The notes below the pieces were generated by a model. The model was not told the DNA's origin and did not search any database. It worked only from the letters and a program-made list of their open reading frames with translations. A DNA stretch of 64,000 nucleotides, from contig JAGLUP010000003.1 in assembly GCA_023134715.1 (NCBI GenBank), positions 2,019-66,018 of the forward strand, in the 5' to 3' direction. This document shows positions 1 through 8,000 of the stretch, one piece after another (positions within the stretch are counted from its first letter, which is position 1; every line of letters starts with the position of its first letter). Both the position numbers and the translations under genes were made by a program. Source of the stretch: Candidatus Parcubacteria bacterium. Lineage in GTDB: Bacteria > Patescibacteriota > Minisyncoccia > Minisyncoccales > JAGLUP01.

Positions 1-260
1 ACCAACGCGCGAATGTCATGTTTTATCCGCCCTTCTTCATCATAAATATCTTCAGTTGTTACTTTTTCACAAGCCAATTCAACCTCTTTAATAACATCAG
101 CTCCGCATATGCCTCGCTTATGCAAGGTTTTTATTAGTGCAATTTCCACCAAAAGCTTATAGCGGGTAAAACCATTTTCAGAAAGATAATGGACAACCTC
201 CTTATCTGGATATCGATAATCTATCGGCGATATACTATCAAACACATCTTGTTTTTTCAT
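1..260 (-). CDS. purB: adenylosuccinate lyase, N-terminal part only (gene runs off window start)
   Basis: Not in ORF track (no stop in window). My translation from ATG at 260..258: MKKQDVFDSISPIDYRYPDKEVVHYLSENGFTRYKLLVEIALIKTLHKRG...GRIKHDIRAL. The SPxDxRY start and HD(I/V) motif match PurB N-termini as I remember them. GAGGTGA Shine-Dalgarno lies 8 nt upstream. Confidence 0.7.
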   Translation of the reverse strand, partial: MKKQDVFDSISPIDYRYPDKEVVHYLSENGFTRYKLLVEIALIKTLHKRGICGADVIKEVELACEKVTTEDIYDEEGRIKHDIRAL

Positions 261-299
261 TTTTTTTATTCACCTCAGTTTTGTTTTTTTTGAATATTC

Positions 300-350
300 A
301 GTTCGTAACGAACTATAGTTCTATCTTATTGAAAAAACAGCAAATGTCAA
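300..350 (-). promoter_or_regulatory. candidate purB promoter (TTGACA-N16-TAAGAT) followed by GTTCG-TAA-CGAAC hairpin
   Basis: Minus-strand TTGACA at 350..345 and TAAGAT at 328..323. Hairpin at 314..300 sits near the predicted 5' end of the mRNA. Confidence 0.4.
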
Positions 351-360
351 ATTTTTAAAT

Positions 361-385
361 AAAAAAAGAGGAAGCTTAGCTTCCT
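361..385 (-). terminator. intrinsic terminator of pyrF (GGAAGC-TTA-GCTTCC plus T-run on minus strand)
   Basis: Perfect 6-7 bp stem directly after the pyrF stop codon, followed on the minus strand by T7. Confidence 0.6.
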
Positions 386-1113
386 TAGTTTTCTTTTTCT
401 TCTATCGCTTGCTCAATTTCTTCATTGATTTTTTGAGCTTCTTCAGCTGGATTTTCTGCTTCTGTTATTGCTCTTCCTATTACCAACAAATCTGCCCCGT
501 TTTTTATTGCTTCTGAGGGCGTGTTTACTCTTTTCTGGTCGTCTTCTGACACTCCCTTTGGTCTAATTCCTGGCGTGATTTTTATTAAATCATCCAATTC
601 TGGAAATTGTTGTAGAAATAGAAGTTCTTGGGCAGAACAAACTATTGCCGGGCATCCAGCAAGAACAGCATTCCTTGCATATTGCAAAACCTTTGCCTTT
701 ACTGGTCCTCCAAGATTGATCTGGCACTCTTCTTCGCCCAACGAAGTAAGCACTGTAACGGCTGCAATTTTAGTCATTGGGAACTCTCTGCTTGAGCTTT
801 GCTGTTTTACTGCATCAACAGCAGATCTCATCATTTCTATGCCTCCGGGAGCCATTACGGTTATAATATCCACTTCCTTAATTTCATTTCTTAATTCTGC
901 GTCAATATAGATATTTACTCTATTCTTCACTGTATTTGGAATATCGTGAAGTTTTGGATCTGCCATTACGTGTCCATATTTTTGGAGCTCTTTAATGCAC
1001 CTAACTGGACCCATTATGTCAAGTAAAGCATTTGCTTTAAATCCCCAAACTTTTCCTTTTAAGCTCTTTGCTAATTTAAGAGCTTCTTCTTCGCTCATAT
1101 CATCCAATGCCAC
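385..1113 (-). CDS. pyrF: orotidine 5'-phosphate decarboxylase
   Basis: Motifs (II)VALD, DPKLHDIPNTV, ITPGIR, DDQKRVxTP, GADLLVIGRAI. The track start is a GTG. The SD-proximal ATG at 1139 is 1 nt out of frame across an A7 run (see findings). Confidence 0.85.
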   Translation of the reverse strand: MALDDMSEEEALKLAKSLKGKVWGFKANALLDIMGPVRCIKELQKYGHVMADPKLHDIPNTVKNRVNIYIDAELRNEIKEVDIITVMAPGGIEMMRSAVDAVKQQSSSREFPMTKIAAVTVLTSLGEEECQINLGGPVKAKVLQYARNAVLAGCPAIVCSAQELLFLQQFPELDDLIKITPGIRPKGVSEDDQKRVNTPSEAIKNGADLLVIGRAITEAENPAEEAQKINEEIEQAIEEKEN

Positions 1114-1281
1114 AATAATTCTACTTTCGTTTTTTTCATTTGCATCACCTCATTTTTAAGGAGCTATTTCGCTCTCCTTGGTTTTTATAATAAACAAATT
1201 AAAATTTATGTCAAATTTTAGACAATACAAAAACCCTTTTTCTGATTTTTATAATAAAAAATAAAAAAAGAAAAAAGGGTT

Positions 1282-1425
1282 TTAAATGATAGACATTTCG
1301 ATAACATTGTTGCCGTCGCCATCACGACAGCACTTTGGATTGTACACTTCTTCTTCTTCTTCTTCTTCGCATCCGTTTTCTCGTGGTTGGTTTTCGCTTC
1401 CTGCAGGTCTTCCTGTAATTTCCAT
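1282..1425 (-). CDS. hypothetical 47-aa acidic, Cys-containing peptide with poly-Glu tract
   Basis: My translation: MEITGRPAGSENQPRENGCEEEEEEEVYNPKCCRDGDGNNVIEMSII. Contains (TTC)7 = (GAA)7 at 1348..1368. No clear SD, and it is below the track length cutoff. Confidence 0.25.
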   Translation of the reverse strand: MEITGRPAGSENQPRENGCEEEEEEEVYNPKCCRDGDGNNVIEMSII

Positions 1426-1582
1426 TTTTGTGGTTGGTATATTTTATTTGCAAGGAACTATCTAAAAAAAGGAAATAATTCCTTCCTTACACTTATATAA
1501 TACTTGAAAATAAAAAAAAGTCAAGTATTCAAGTATTATTGATAAATTAGTCAATAAGAGTTAAAATAAAGACAAAAAATAT

Positions 1583-1676
1583 ATGTCAAAGAAATGCAAA
1601 TATTGCGAAATTATAAAAGGGAAAAGAAAAAGAATTAAAAGAAATAGCTGATGCTATAAGAAAAGAGATAAAATGA
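1583..1676 (+). pseudogene. remnant of a HIT-family gene (N-terminus fused to C-terminal tail by internal deletion/frameshift)
   Basis: ATG at 1583 gives MSKKCKYCEIIKGK... (compare MDCLFCKIVNKE of the intact HIT gene at 44613), then loses the frame. An adjacent frame reads GKEKELKEIADAIRKEIK-stop. Confidence 0.3.
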
Positions 1677-1706
1677 ACTCCCGGACAAGTCGGGGGTAGT
1701 TCTTTG

Positions 1707-1778
1707 TGCCCTCGAGAGGAGTCGAACCTCTATCACGAACTCCGCAAGTTCGCATTCTGTCCATTGAACTACGAGGGC
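1707..1778 (-). tRNA. tRNA-Arg, anticodon read as GCG
   Basis: Hand-folded 72-nt cloverleaf: acceptor GCCCTCG/CGAGGGC, anticodon stem CGAAC/GTTCG, loop TTGCGGA, T arm AGAGG-TTCGACT-CCTCT. Confidence 0.8.
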
Positions 1779-1820
1779 GATTACTTTAAATTAGCATAAA
1801 AAAAGGGTAAAATAAAGACA

Positions 1821-3590
1821 ATGGTGCGAAACGAGATTAAAAGTTTAATAGAGCAGGCGATAAAACAACTTCAAAAGCAAAAAAAACTTGCTAAATTTGA
1901 TATTCCTGAAATTTTAGTAGAGCATCCAGAAAATAGAGCGTATGGAGATTATAGTACAAATATTGCTTTACAGATTGCCAAGACGATTAAAAAAAATCCA
2001 AAAGAAATAGCAGAAGCTATCAAATCCAAAATCCAAAATCCAAATTATTCCAAATCAAATCCAAAATCCAAAATCCAAATTTTGGAAAAAATTGAAATAG
2101 CAGGTCCGGGATTTATCAATTTTTTTGTTTCAAAAGAATTTTTACAAAAACAAATCGCAGATGTTTTAAGGCAGGGCGATAAATTCGGTTCAAGTAAAAC
2201 AGGAAAAGGGAAAACCGTTGTTATAGATTATTCTTCTCCAAATATAGCCAAAGCGTTTGGAATAGGACATTTGCGTTCAACAATTATTGGTCAATCTCTT
2301 TATAATATCTATAAATTTTTGGGATGGAAAACTATTGGAGACAATCATCTTGGAGATTGGGGGACTCAATTCGGGAAGCTTATTTATCAAATTAAAGAAA
2401 AAAAAGTATTTCTTAAAGATTTAACAATTGAAAAATTAGAAAAATTATATATTGAATTCCACAGGGAAGCAGAAAAAAATCCAGAGATGGAAAAACAAGC
2501 AAGAGCTTGGTTTCAAAAATTAGAAGCGAGAGACAAGGAAGCTAAAAAAATTTGGCAGGATTGTAGGGCTATAAGCTTAAAAGAATTTCAGAAAATTTAC
2601 AATTTGCTTGGAATAAAAATTGATTATACGATTGGAGAAAGTTTTTATAAAGATATGGCTAAAGACATTATTGCTGAGGCAATCGAGAAAAAAGTTGCGA
2701 TTCAAAGTCAGGGAGCAATAATTATTAAATACAAAAAGGATAAGTTTCCTCCAGTTATAATTTTAAAGTCGGACAAAGCAACCACTTATTTAGCTAGAGA
2801 TTTAGCGGCTGTTAAATATAGGATATCTCGCTGGCATCCAAACCTTTTTATTTATGAAGTCGGAGCCGATCAATATCTTTTTTTAAGGCAATTATTTTTA
2901 GCTGTTGAATTTTTGGGATGGGAGAAGAAAGAAAAATTTATTCATGTTGTCCATGGATTAGTTCGCCGAAAACAAGGAAAATTTTCAACCAGAAAAGGGG
3001 AGACCATCCATTTAGAAGATGTTTTGAAAGAAGCAGTAAAAAGAGCAAGAGAGATTATTGAAAAATCAGAGACGAGCAAGGGATTTTCTAAAAAAGAAAA
3101 AGAAAAAATCGCAAAAATGGTCGGCATAGGAGCGATAAAATACAATGATCTGTCTCAACATTACAGTAAAGATATAATTTTTAATTGGGAAAAAGTTTTA
3201 AATCTTAAAGGAAATTCTGGACCTTACCTTCAATATACAATTACCCGTTGCCAAAGCGTAATAAAGAAGTCAAAAGTCCAACCTAGGAGTTTGCAAAAAG
3301 CTGATTTTGAATTATTTGATTTTAAAAAAGAAGAAGAAAATATTTTAAAAACTATTTATAAATTTCCTGAAATTGTTCAAGAGTCAGCTGATAAATTTTC
3401 GCCTAATTTGCTTTGTAATTTTGCCTTTGATTTGGCTCAAAAATATAATCATTTTTATAATATTTGTCCGATTATTCAAGCGGAAAGTATCAAGGAGAAA
3501 GAATTTAGATTGGCTTTAACTGCGGCTACGAGTCAGGTTTTAAAAAATTGCCTTAATCTTTTAGGTATTTCCGCGCCAGAAAAGATGTAA
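1821..3590 (+). CDS. argS: arginine--tRNA ligase
   Basis: 589 aa. AGPGFINFF, SSPNIAKAFGIGHLRST (HIGH-type), DNHLGDWGTQFG and a C-terminal anticodon-binding region. Confidence 0.95.
   Translation: MVRNEIKSLIEQAIKQLQKQKKLAKFDIPEILVEHPENRAYGDYSTNIALQIAKTIKKNPKEIAEAIKSKIQNPNYSKSNPKSKIQILEKIEIAGPGFINFFVSKEFLQKQIADVLRQGDKFGSSKTGKGKTVVIDYSSPNIAKAFGIGHLRSTIIGQSLYNIYKFLGWKTIGDNHLGDWGTQFGKLIYQIKEKKVFLKDLTIEKLEKLYIEFHREAEKNPEMEKQARAWFQKLEARDKEAKKIWQDCRAISLKEFQKIYNLLGIKIDYTIGESFYKDMAKDIIAEAIEKKVAIQSQGAIIIKYKKDKFPPVIILKSDKATTYLARDLAAVKYRISRWHPNLFIYEVGADQYLFLRQLFLAVEFLGWEKKEKFIHVVHGLVRRKQGKFSTRKGETIHLEDVLKEAVKRAREIIEKSETSKGFSKKEKEKIAKMVGIGAIKYNDLSQHYSKDIIFNWEKVLNLKGNSGPYLQYTITRCQSVIKKSKVQPRSLQKADFELFDFKKEEENILKTIYKFPEIVQESADKFSPNLLCNFAFDLAQKYNHFYNICPIIQAESIKEKEFRLALTAATSQVLKNCLNLLGISAPEKM
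2021..2085 (+). repeat. in-frame heptamer array (AAATCCA)x3 ... (AAATCCA)x3 inside argS
   Basis: Sequence caaatccaaaatccaaaatccaaattattccaaatcaaatccaaaatccaaaatccaaattttgg encodes KSKIQNPNYSKSNPKSKIQ. Confidence 0.85.
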
Positions 3591-3595
3591 AAAAT

Positions 3596-4327
3596 ATGAA
3601 GTTTAATATTAATACAATAAGTGATGAGAAAATTAAAGAAATAGAAAAGATAAAGAATAAACGTTCAATAATTTCGACAATTCAAAAAACAAAACAAAAA
3701 GGATTAAATCCTATTATTGCTGAAATTAAAAGAAAAAGTCCGAGCATTGGGATAATAAAAGATATTGACATTGTGGAAGCTGCGAAACAAATGGAAAAAG
3801 GAGGAGCAAGTGGAATATCAGTGCTTACAGATAAGCATTTTAGCGGGAGATTAGATGATTTAAAAAAAGCAAAACAAGCAGTAAAAATTCCAGTATTATG
3901 CAAAGATTTTTTTGTAGATGAATTTCAGATTTATCAAGCGTATGCTTGCGGCGCAGACATAGTGCTTTTAATTGCAAGGATATTAAAAGAAAAAACCAAA
4001 AGATTTGTAGAAAAAGTTCATGAATTAGGAATGGAGGCCTTGGTTGAAATACACAATGAAGAAGATTTGAAATTTGCTTTAAATTCTAACGCAAAATTAA
4101 TTGGAATAAATAACAGAGATTTGAAGACATTAAAAATAGATTTAGCTGTTACAGAAAGATTGGCGTCAAAAATTCCGCAAGACAGAATAAAAATAAGCGA
4201 AAGCGGAATCAGGAGCAGAACTGATTTAGATAGAATGTTTAATCTCGGCATTGACGCGGCTTTAATCGGAACAGAAATAATGCTGTCTGATAATATAGAA
4301 AAAAAGGTAAAAGAATTAGTTTATTAG
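3596..4327 (+). CDS. trpC: indole-3-glycerol phosphate synthase
   Basis: IIAEIKRKSPS, ISVLTD, CKDFF, EIHNEE, GINNRDL, ISESGI motifs. Confidence 0.85.
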   Translation: MKFNINTISDEKIKEIEKIKNKRSIISTIQKTKQKGLNPIIAEIKRKSPSIGIIKDIDIVEAAKQMEKGGASGISVLTDKHFSGRLDDLKKAKQAVKIPVLCKDFFVDEFQIYQAYACGADIVLLIARILKEKTKRFVEKVHELGMEALVEIHNEEDLKFALNSNAKLIGINNRDLKTLKIDLAVTERLASKIPQDRIKISESGIRSRTDLDRMFNLGIDAALIGTEIMLSDNIEKKVKELVY

Positions 4328-4338
4328 TATTTAATTTA

Positions 4339-4361
4339 AAGAGCGAAAAGCTCTTTTTTTT
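4339..4361 (+). terminator. intrinsic terminator after trpC
   Basis: AGAGC-GAAAA-GCTCT followed by T8. Confidence 0.6.
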
Positions 4362-4420
4362 GAAGAAAAATTTGTTAAAATAAAAAAACAGCTGAATGCA
4401 GCTGAGAATAAAAAAAATGT

Positions 4421-4633
4421 TTATTTAAATCTTTCTTTAGGAATTTTTGACTGTTTAATAATTGCCATTAAGGTACCAATTGGAATAGGTTTAGATTTTC
4501 CATGTAATGGAACAGGGACGATTATATTAGTTTTAAGATTTTTCCAAATCATATGACTTTCTTTTTGGCGGGAAAGCATAAATTCATTTTCTTTTAAGAT
4601 TTTTATTAATTTTTTGGCGCTGATTGGCCGCAT
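4421..4633 (-). CDS. hicA: HicA-family mRNA interferase toxin
   Basis: 70 aa. SAKKLIKILKENEF...SHMIW...PVPLHG...IPIGTLMAIIKQSKI pattern typical of HicA/YcfA. Minus-strand terminator CAGCTG-CATT-CAGCTG+T7 at 4404..4382. Confidence 0.8.
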   Translation of the reverse strand: MRPISAKKLIKILKENEFMLSRQKESHMIWKNLKTNIIVPVPLHGKSKPIPIGTLMAIIKQSKIPKERFK

Positions 4634-4647
4634 AAATATTTTTTGGA

Positions 4648-4908
4648 TTAAAATACTTTTTGAGGTAGAGCAATTTTTATTTCATCAACAATGGGTCTAT
4701 TAATTTTTAAAGGTATTTCTTGCTTTTGAGAGATTAATTCCTCAATCCATAATTCTAAAATTTCTTTTGCTTTTTCTTTAGCTTCTTCAAAAGTTCTTCC
4801 AAAGGTAATACAGCCCGGAAAATCAGGGAAAGAAACATTATAGCCACCTTCTTCAGCTGGGTCAAACACGGCAAAATATGATGAAATTTTTTGAATTTTC
4901 TTTAACAT
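4648..4908 (-). CDS. hicB: HicB-family antitoxin (UPF0150)
   Basis: 86 aa. FDPAEEGGYNVSFPDFPGCITFGRTFEEA motif, upstream partner of hicA. Promoter TTGACA-N17-TAATCT ends 9 nt before the ATG. Confidence 0.8.
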   Translation of the reverse strand: MLKKIQKISSYFAVFDPAEEGGYNVSFPDFPGCITFGRTFEEAKEKAKEILELWIEELISQKQEIPLKINRPIVDEIKIALPQKVF

Positions 4909-4953
4909 ATTGATTTTAGATTACCAATTTTAAAAAAGAATGTCAACAATAGA

Positions 4954-5012
4954 TTGACAAAGTTGGGATATTTGGTATGCTTTGCTGTAGAAGGAGCTAA
5001 GCTCCTTTTTTT
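4954..5012 (+). promoter_or_regulatory. candidate ileS promoter (TTGACA-N16-TATGCT) plus leader hairpin AAGGAGC-TAA-GCTCCTT followed by T7
   Basis: TTGACA at 4954..4959, hairpin 4991..5007, T-run to 5012. The -35 is back-to-back with the hicB -35 (TGTCAAcaatagaTTGACA). Confidence 0.45.
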
Positions 5013-5062
5013 ATTTTAGATTTATTTGAAAAAAAGTGGAAAAGATGATATTTTAGAAGTAT

Positions 5063-8000
5063 ATGGAATTTAGTTTGCCTAAGAATGAGGAAAAGATTTT
5101 AAAGTTTTGGAAAGAACACAAAATTTTTGAGAAATCAATTGAACAGCGCAAAGGAGCGCGGATTTTTAGTTTTTATGATGGTCCTCCTTTTGCCACTGGC
5201 CTGCCTCATTATGGCCATATTTTGGCAACTACTATTAAAGACGCTGTTTTGCGCTATTGGGCAATGCAGGGATATCAAGTTCCCCGCCGAGTTGGCTGGG
5301 ATTGCCATGGTTTGCCAGTCGAAAATTTAATTGAAAAAGAGCTGGGATTGAAAACTAAAAAAGATATTGAAAAATTAGGCATTGGAAAATTTAACGAGTC
5401 GTGCCATGGTTCTGTTTTTCGATGCGTTAAAGAGTTTCAAAAGACATTGGAACGAGTCGGCCGTTGGGCTGATTATTCTAACGCTTACGCCACAATGGAC
5501 AATAATTACATAGAGTCGGTTTGGTGGGTGCTTGCTCAATTACATAAAAAAGGATTGGTTTATAAAGATTTTCGTGTAACTCCTTATTGTCCTCGTTGCG
5601 GCACTGCTCTTTCTAATTTTGAATTAAACCAGCCAGGGGCTTATCAAGAGATAGAAGATGAATCAATATATATAAAATTTTCGCTAAAAAAGAAAAAAAA
5701 TACTTATTTGTTGGTTTGGACAACCACCCCGTGGACTTTGCCGGCAAATACAGCTATTGCTATAAATCCTAAATTTGATTATGTGAAAATAAAAATTAAA
5801 AATGAGTATTTTATTTTAGCCAAAGAAAGATTAAATGTGTTAAGTAGTGATTATAAAGTTATAGAAAAATTTAAAGGAAAAGAGTTGATTGGGTTAGAGT
5901 ATAAAGCGTTATATCAAAAAATAGCAGACAAAACACAAAAAACAGGAAATATCTACAAAGTTGTGGCAGCGGATTTCGTGAGTTTGGAGGATGGAACCGG
6001 AATGGTTCATATCGCGCCGGCTTTTGGGGTAGATGATATGGAATTGGGCAAAAAAGAGAATTTGCCTGTTTTAATAACAGTAGATTTAGAAGGAAAAATT
6101 GTTAAGGATTCAGATATTCCAGGAGAGGGAAGATTTGTTAAAACAGCCGATAAAGACATTAAAGAGGATTTAGAAAAAAGAGATTTACTATTTAAGCAAG
6201 AGAAAATAATTCATAAGTATCCCTTTTGCTGGCGGTGCGACACGCCATTGCTTTATTATCCTCTTGATAGCTGGTATGTGGCTGTAACAAAATTTAAAGA
6301 ACAATTAATTAAAAATAATAAAAAAATCAGATGGGTGCCTGCTCATCTTAAAGAGGGTCGGTTTGGCAAGTGGCTTGAAAAAGCAAGAGATTGGTCGTTT
6401 TCCCGCAACCGTTATTGGGGAGCGCCTCTTCCAATTTGGGAGTGTAAAGAATGCGGACATAATAAGGTTATTAGCTCAAAAGAAGACCTGAAAAAGCAAA
6501 AATTTTCAAATAATAAATATTTTACTCTTAGACACGGATTAGCTCAGCAAAATGTGAAAGGAATTATTAGCATAACCCCTAATAATAATTATCATTTAAC
6601 CAAAATTGGAGAAATTCAGATAAAGAAAGCGGCAAGAGAAATAAAAAAACTTCTCAAAACACAAAAACTTGATTTAATTTTTGCTTCTGATTTTTTAAGA
6701 ACCAAAGAAACAGCGGAGATTATTGCTAAAGAAACTATGGCTAAAATAAAGTTTGATAAACGGCTTTGGGATATTAATTTAGGAGTTTGGGACGGCAAGT
6801 CAGTTTTACGATTTAAAGCAGAATTTTTAAAATCAAATAAAAAGCTTTTTTATGAAGCGCCGGAAAAAGGAGAGACATGGGTTAATTGTCGGAAAAGAAT
6901 GATTGATTTTATCCAGGATGTTGAGAAAAAATATAAAAATAAAAATATTTTAATTGTTTCCCATGGAGACCCTTTATGGCTTTTAGGCGGCGCGATGCAA
7001 GGATTAGAAAACGAGGAAATGTTTGGTTTTCTGGACAGAAAAAAGGGAGGCGTTAAGCCAGGAGAGCTTCAAGAAATTGAATACAGAAAATTTCCTTACA
7101 ATGAACAAGGAAAATTAGATTTTCATCGTCCTTATATTGATGAGGTAAAATTTATTTGTTCTAAGTGCGGCAAAAAGATGGAAAGAGTAAAAGAGGTTTT
7201 TGATTGTTGGTTTGAAAGCGGTTCAATGCCATACGCGCAATGGCATTATCCTTTTGAAAATAAAGAATTTGTTGAAAAAACTTTTCCTGCGGATTTTATA
7301 GCAGAAGGCATAGATCAAACCAGGGGATGGTTTTATACTTTAAATGTTCTTTCAACCGCTCTTTTCAATGAACCGGCTTTTAAAAATGTTGTTGTTAACG
7401 GATTAGTATTAGGCGAGGACGGGAAAAAACTTTCAAAACGTTTGAAAAATTATACTGCCCCAGAAATTATTTTTGACAACCAAGGAGCTGACGCTTTGCG
7501 TTATTTTTTGCTTTCCAGTGCTCAAATTGGCGAAAATTATATTGTTTCTGAAAAAAGAATTGCCGAGGTTTTGCGTCGAACAATTTTAACATTTTGGAAC
7601 TCTTTTATTTTTTTTGATACTTATGCTGATAAAAAATTTAGGTCAAGCAAAATCAAAAAATCAAAAAATATTTTAGATAAATGGATTATTTCTAAATTAA
7701 ATAGTTTGGATTTAGAAGTAGTTGAGTTGATGAATAAGTATGAGTTAACTAAAGCCACTCGCTTATTTGATGATTTTATTAATGATCTTTCAAATTGGTA
7801 TATTCGTCGGTCTAGAAGACGACTTCAAAAACCAAAAACAAAACAAGAAAAAGAAGAAGCGTCCCAGATTTTATATTACTTGCTTTTAAGTTTAACTAAA
7901 TTATTAGCTCCATTTACTCCTTTTATCAGCGAGGAAGTTTATCAAAAATTAGGAGGCAGAAAAGAGTCGGTTCACTTAGAGGACTATCCAAAGCCGGATA

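Noticed and set aside
521-910. Antisense shadow ORFs. Examples: 521..910, 39979..40425, 41153..41437, 41637..42020, 46951..47361, 61417..61923, 33652..33978, 36368..36742, and many 60-100 aa track entries inside larger genes
   Set aside because: Each lies fully inside a longer, motif-supported gene on the opposite strand or another frame. Their products are low-complexity (F/L/S/I-rich), as expected from AT-rich antisense sequence.
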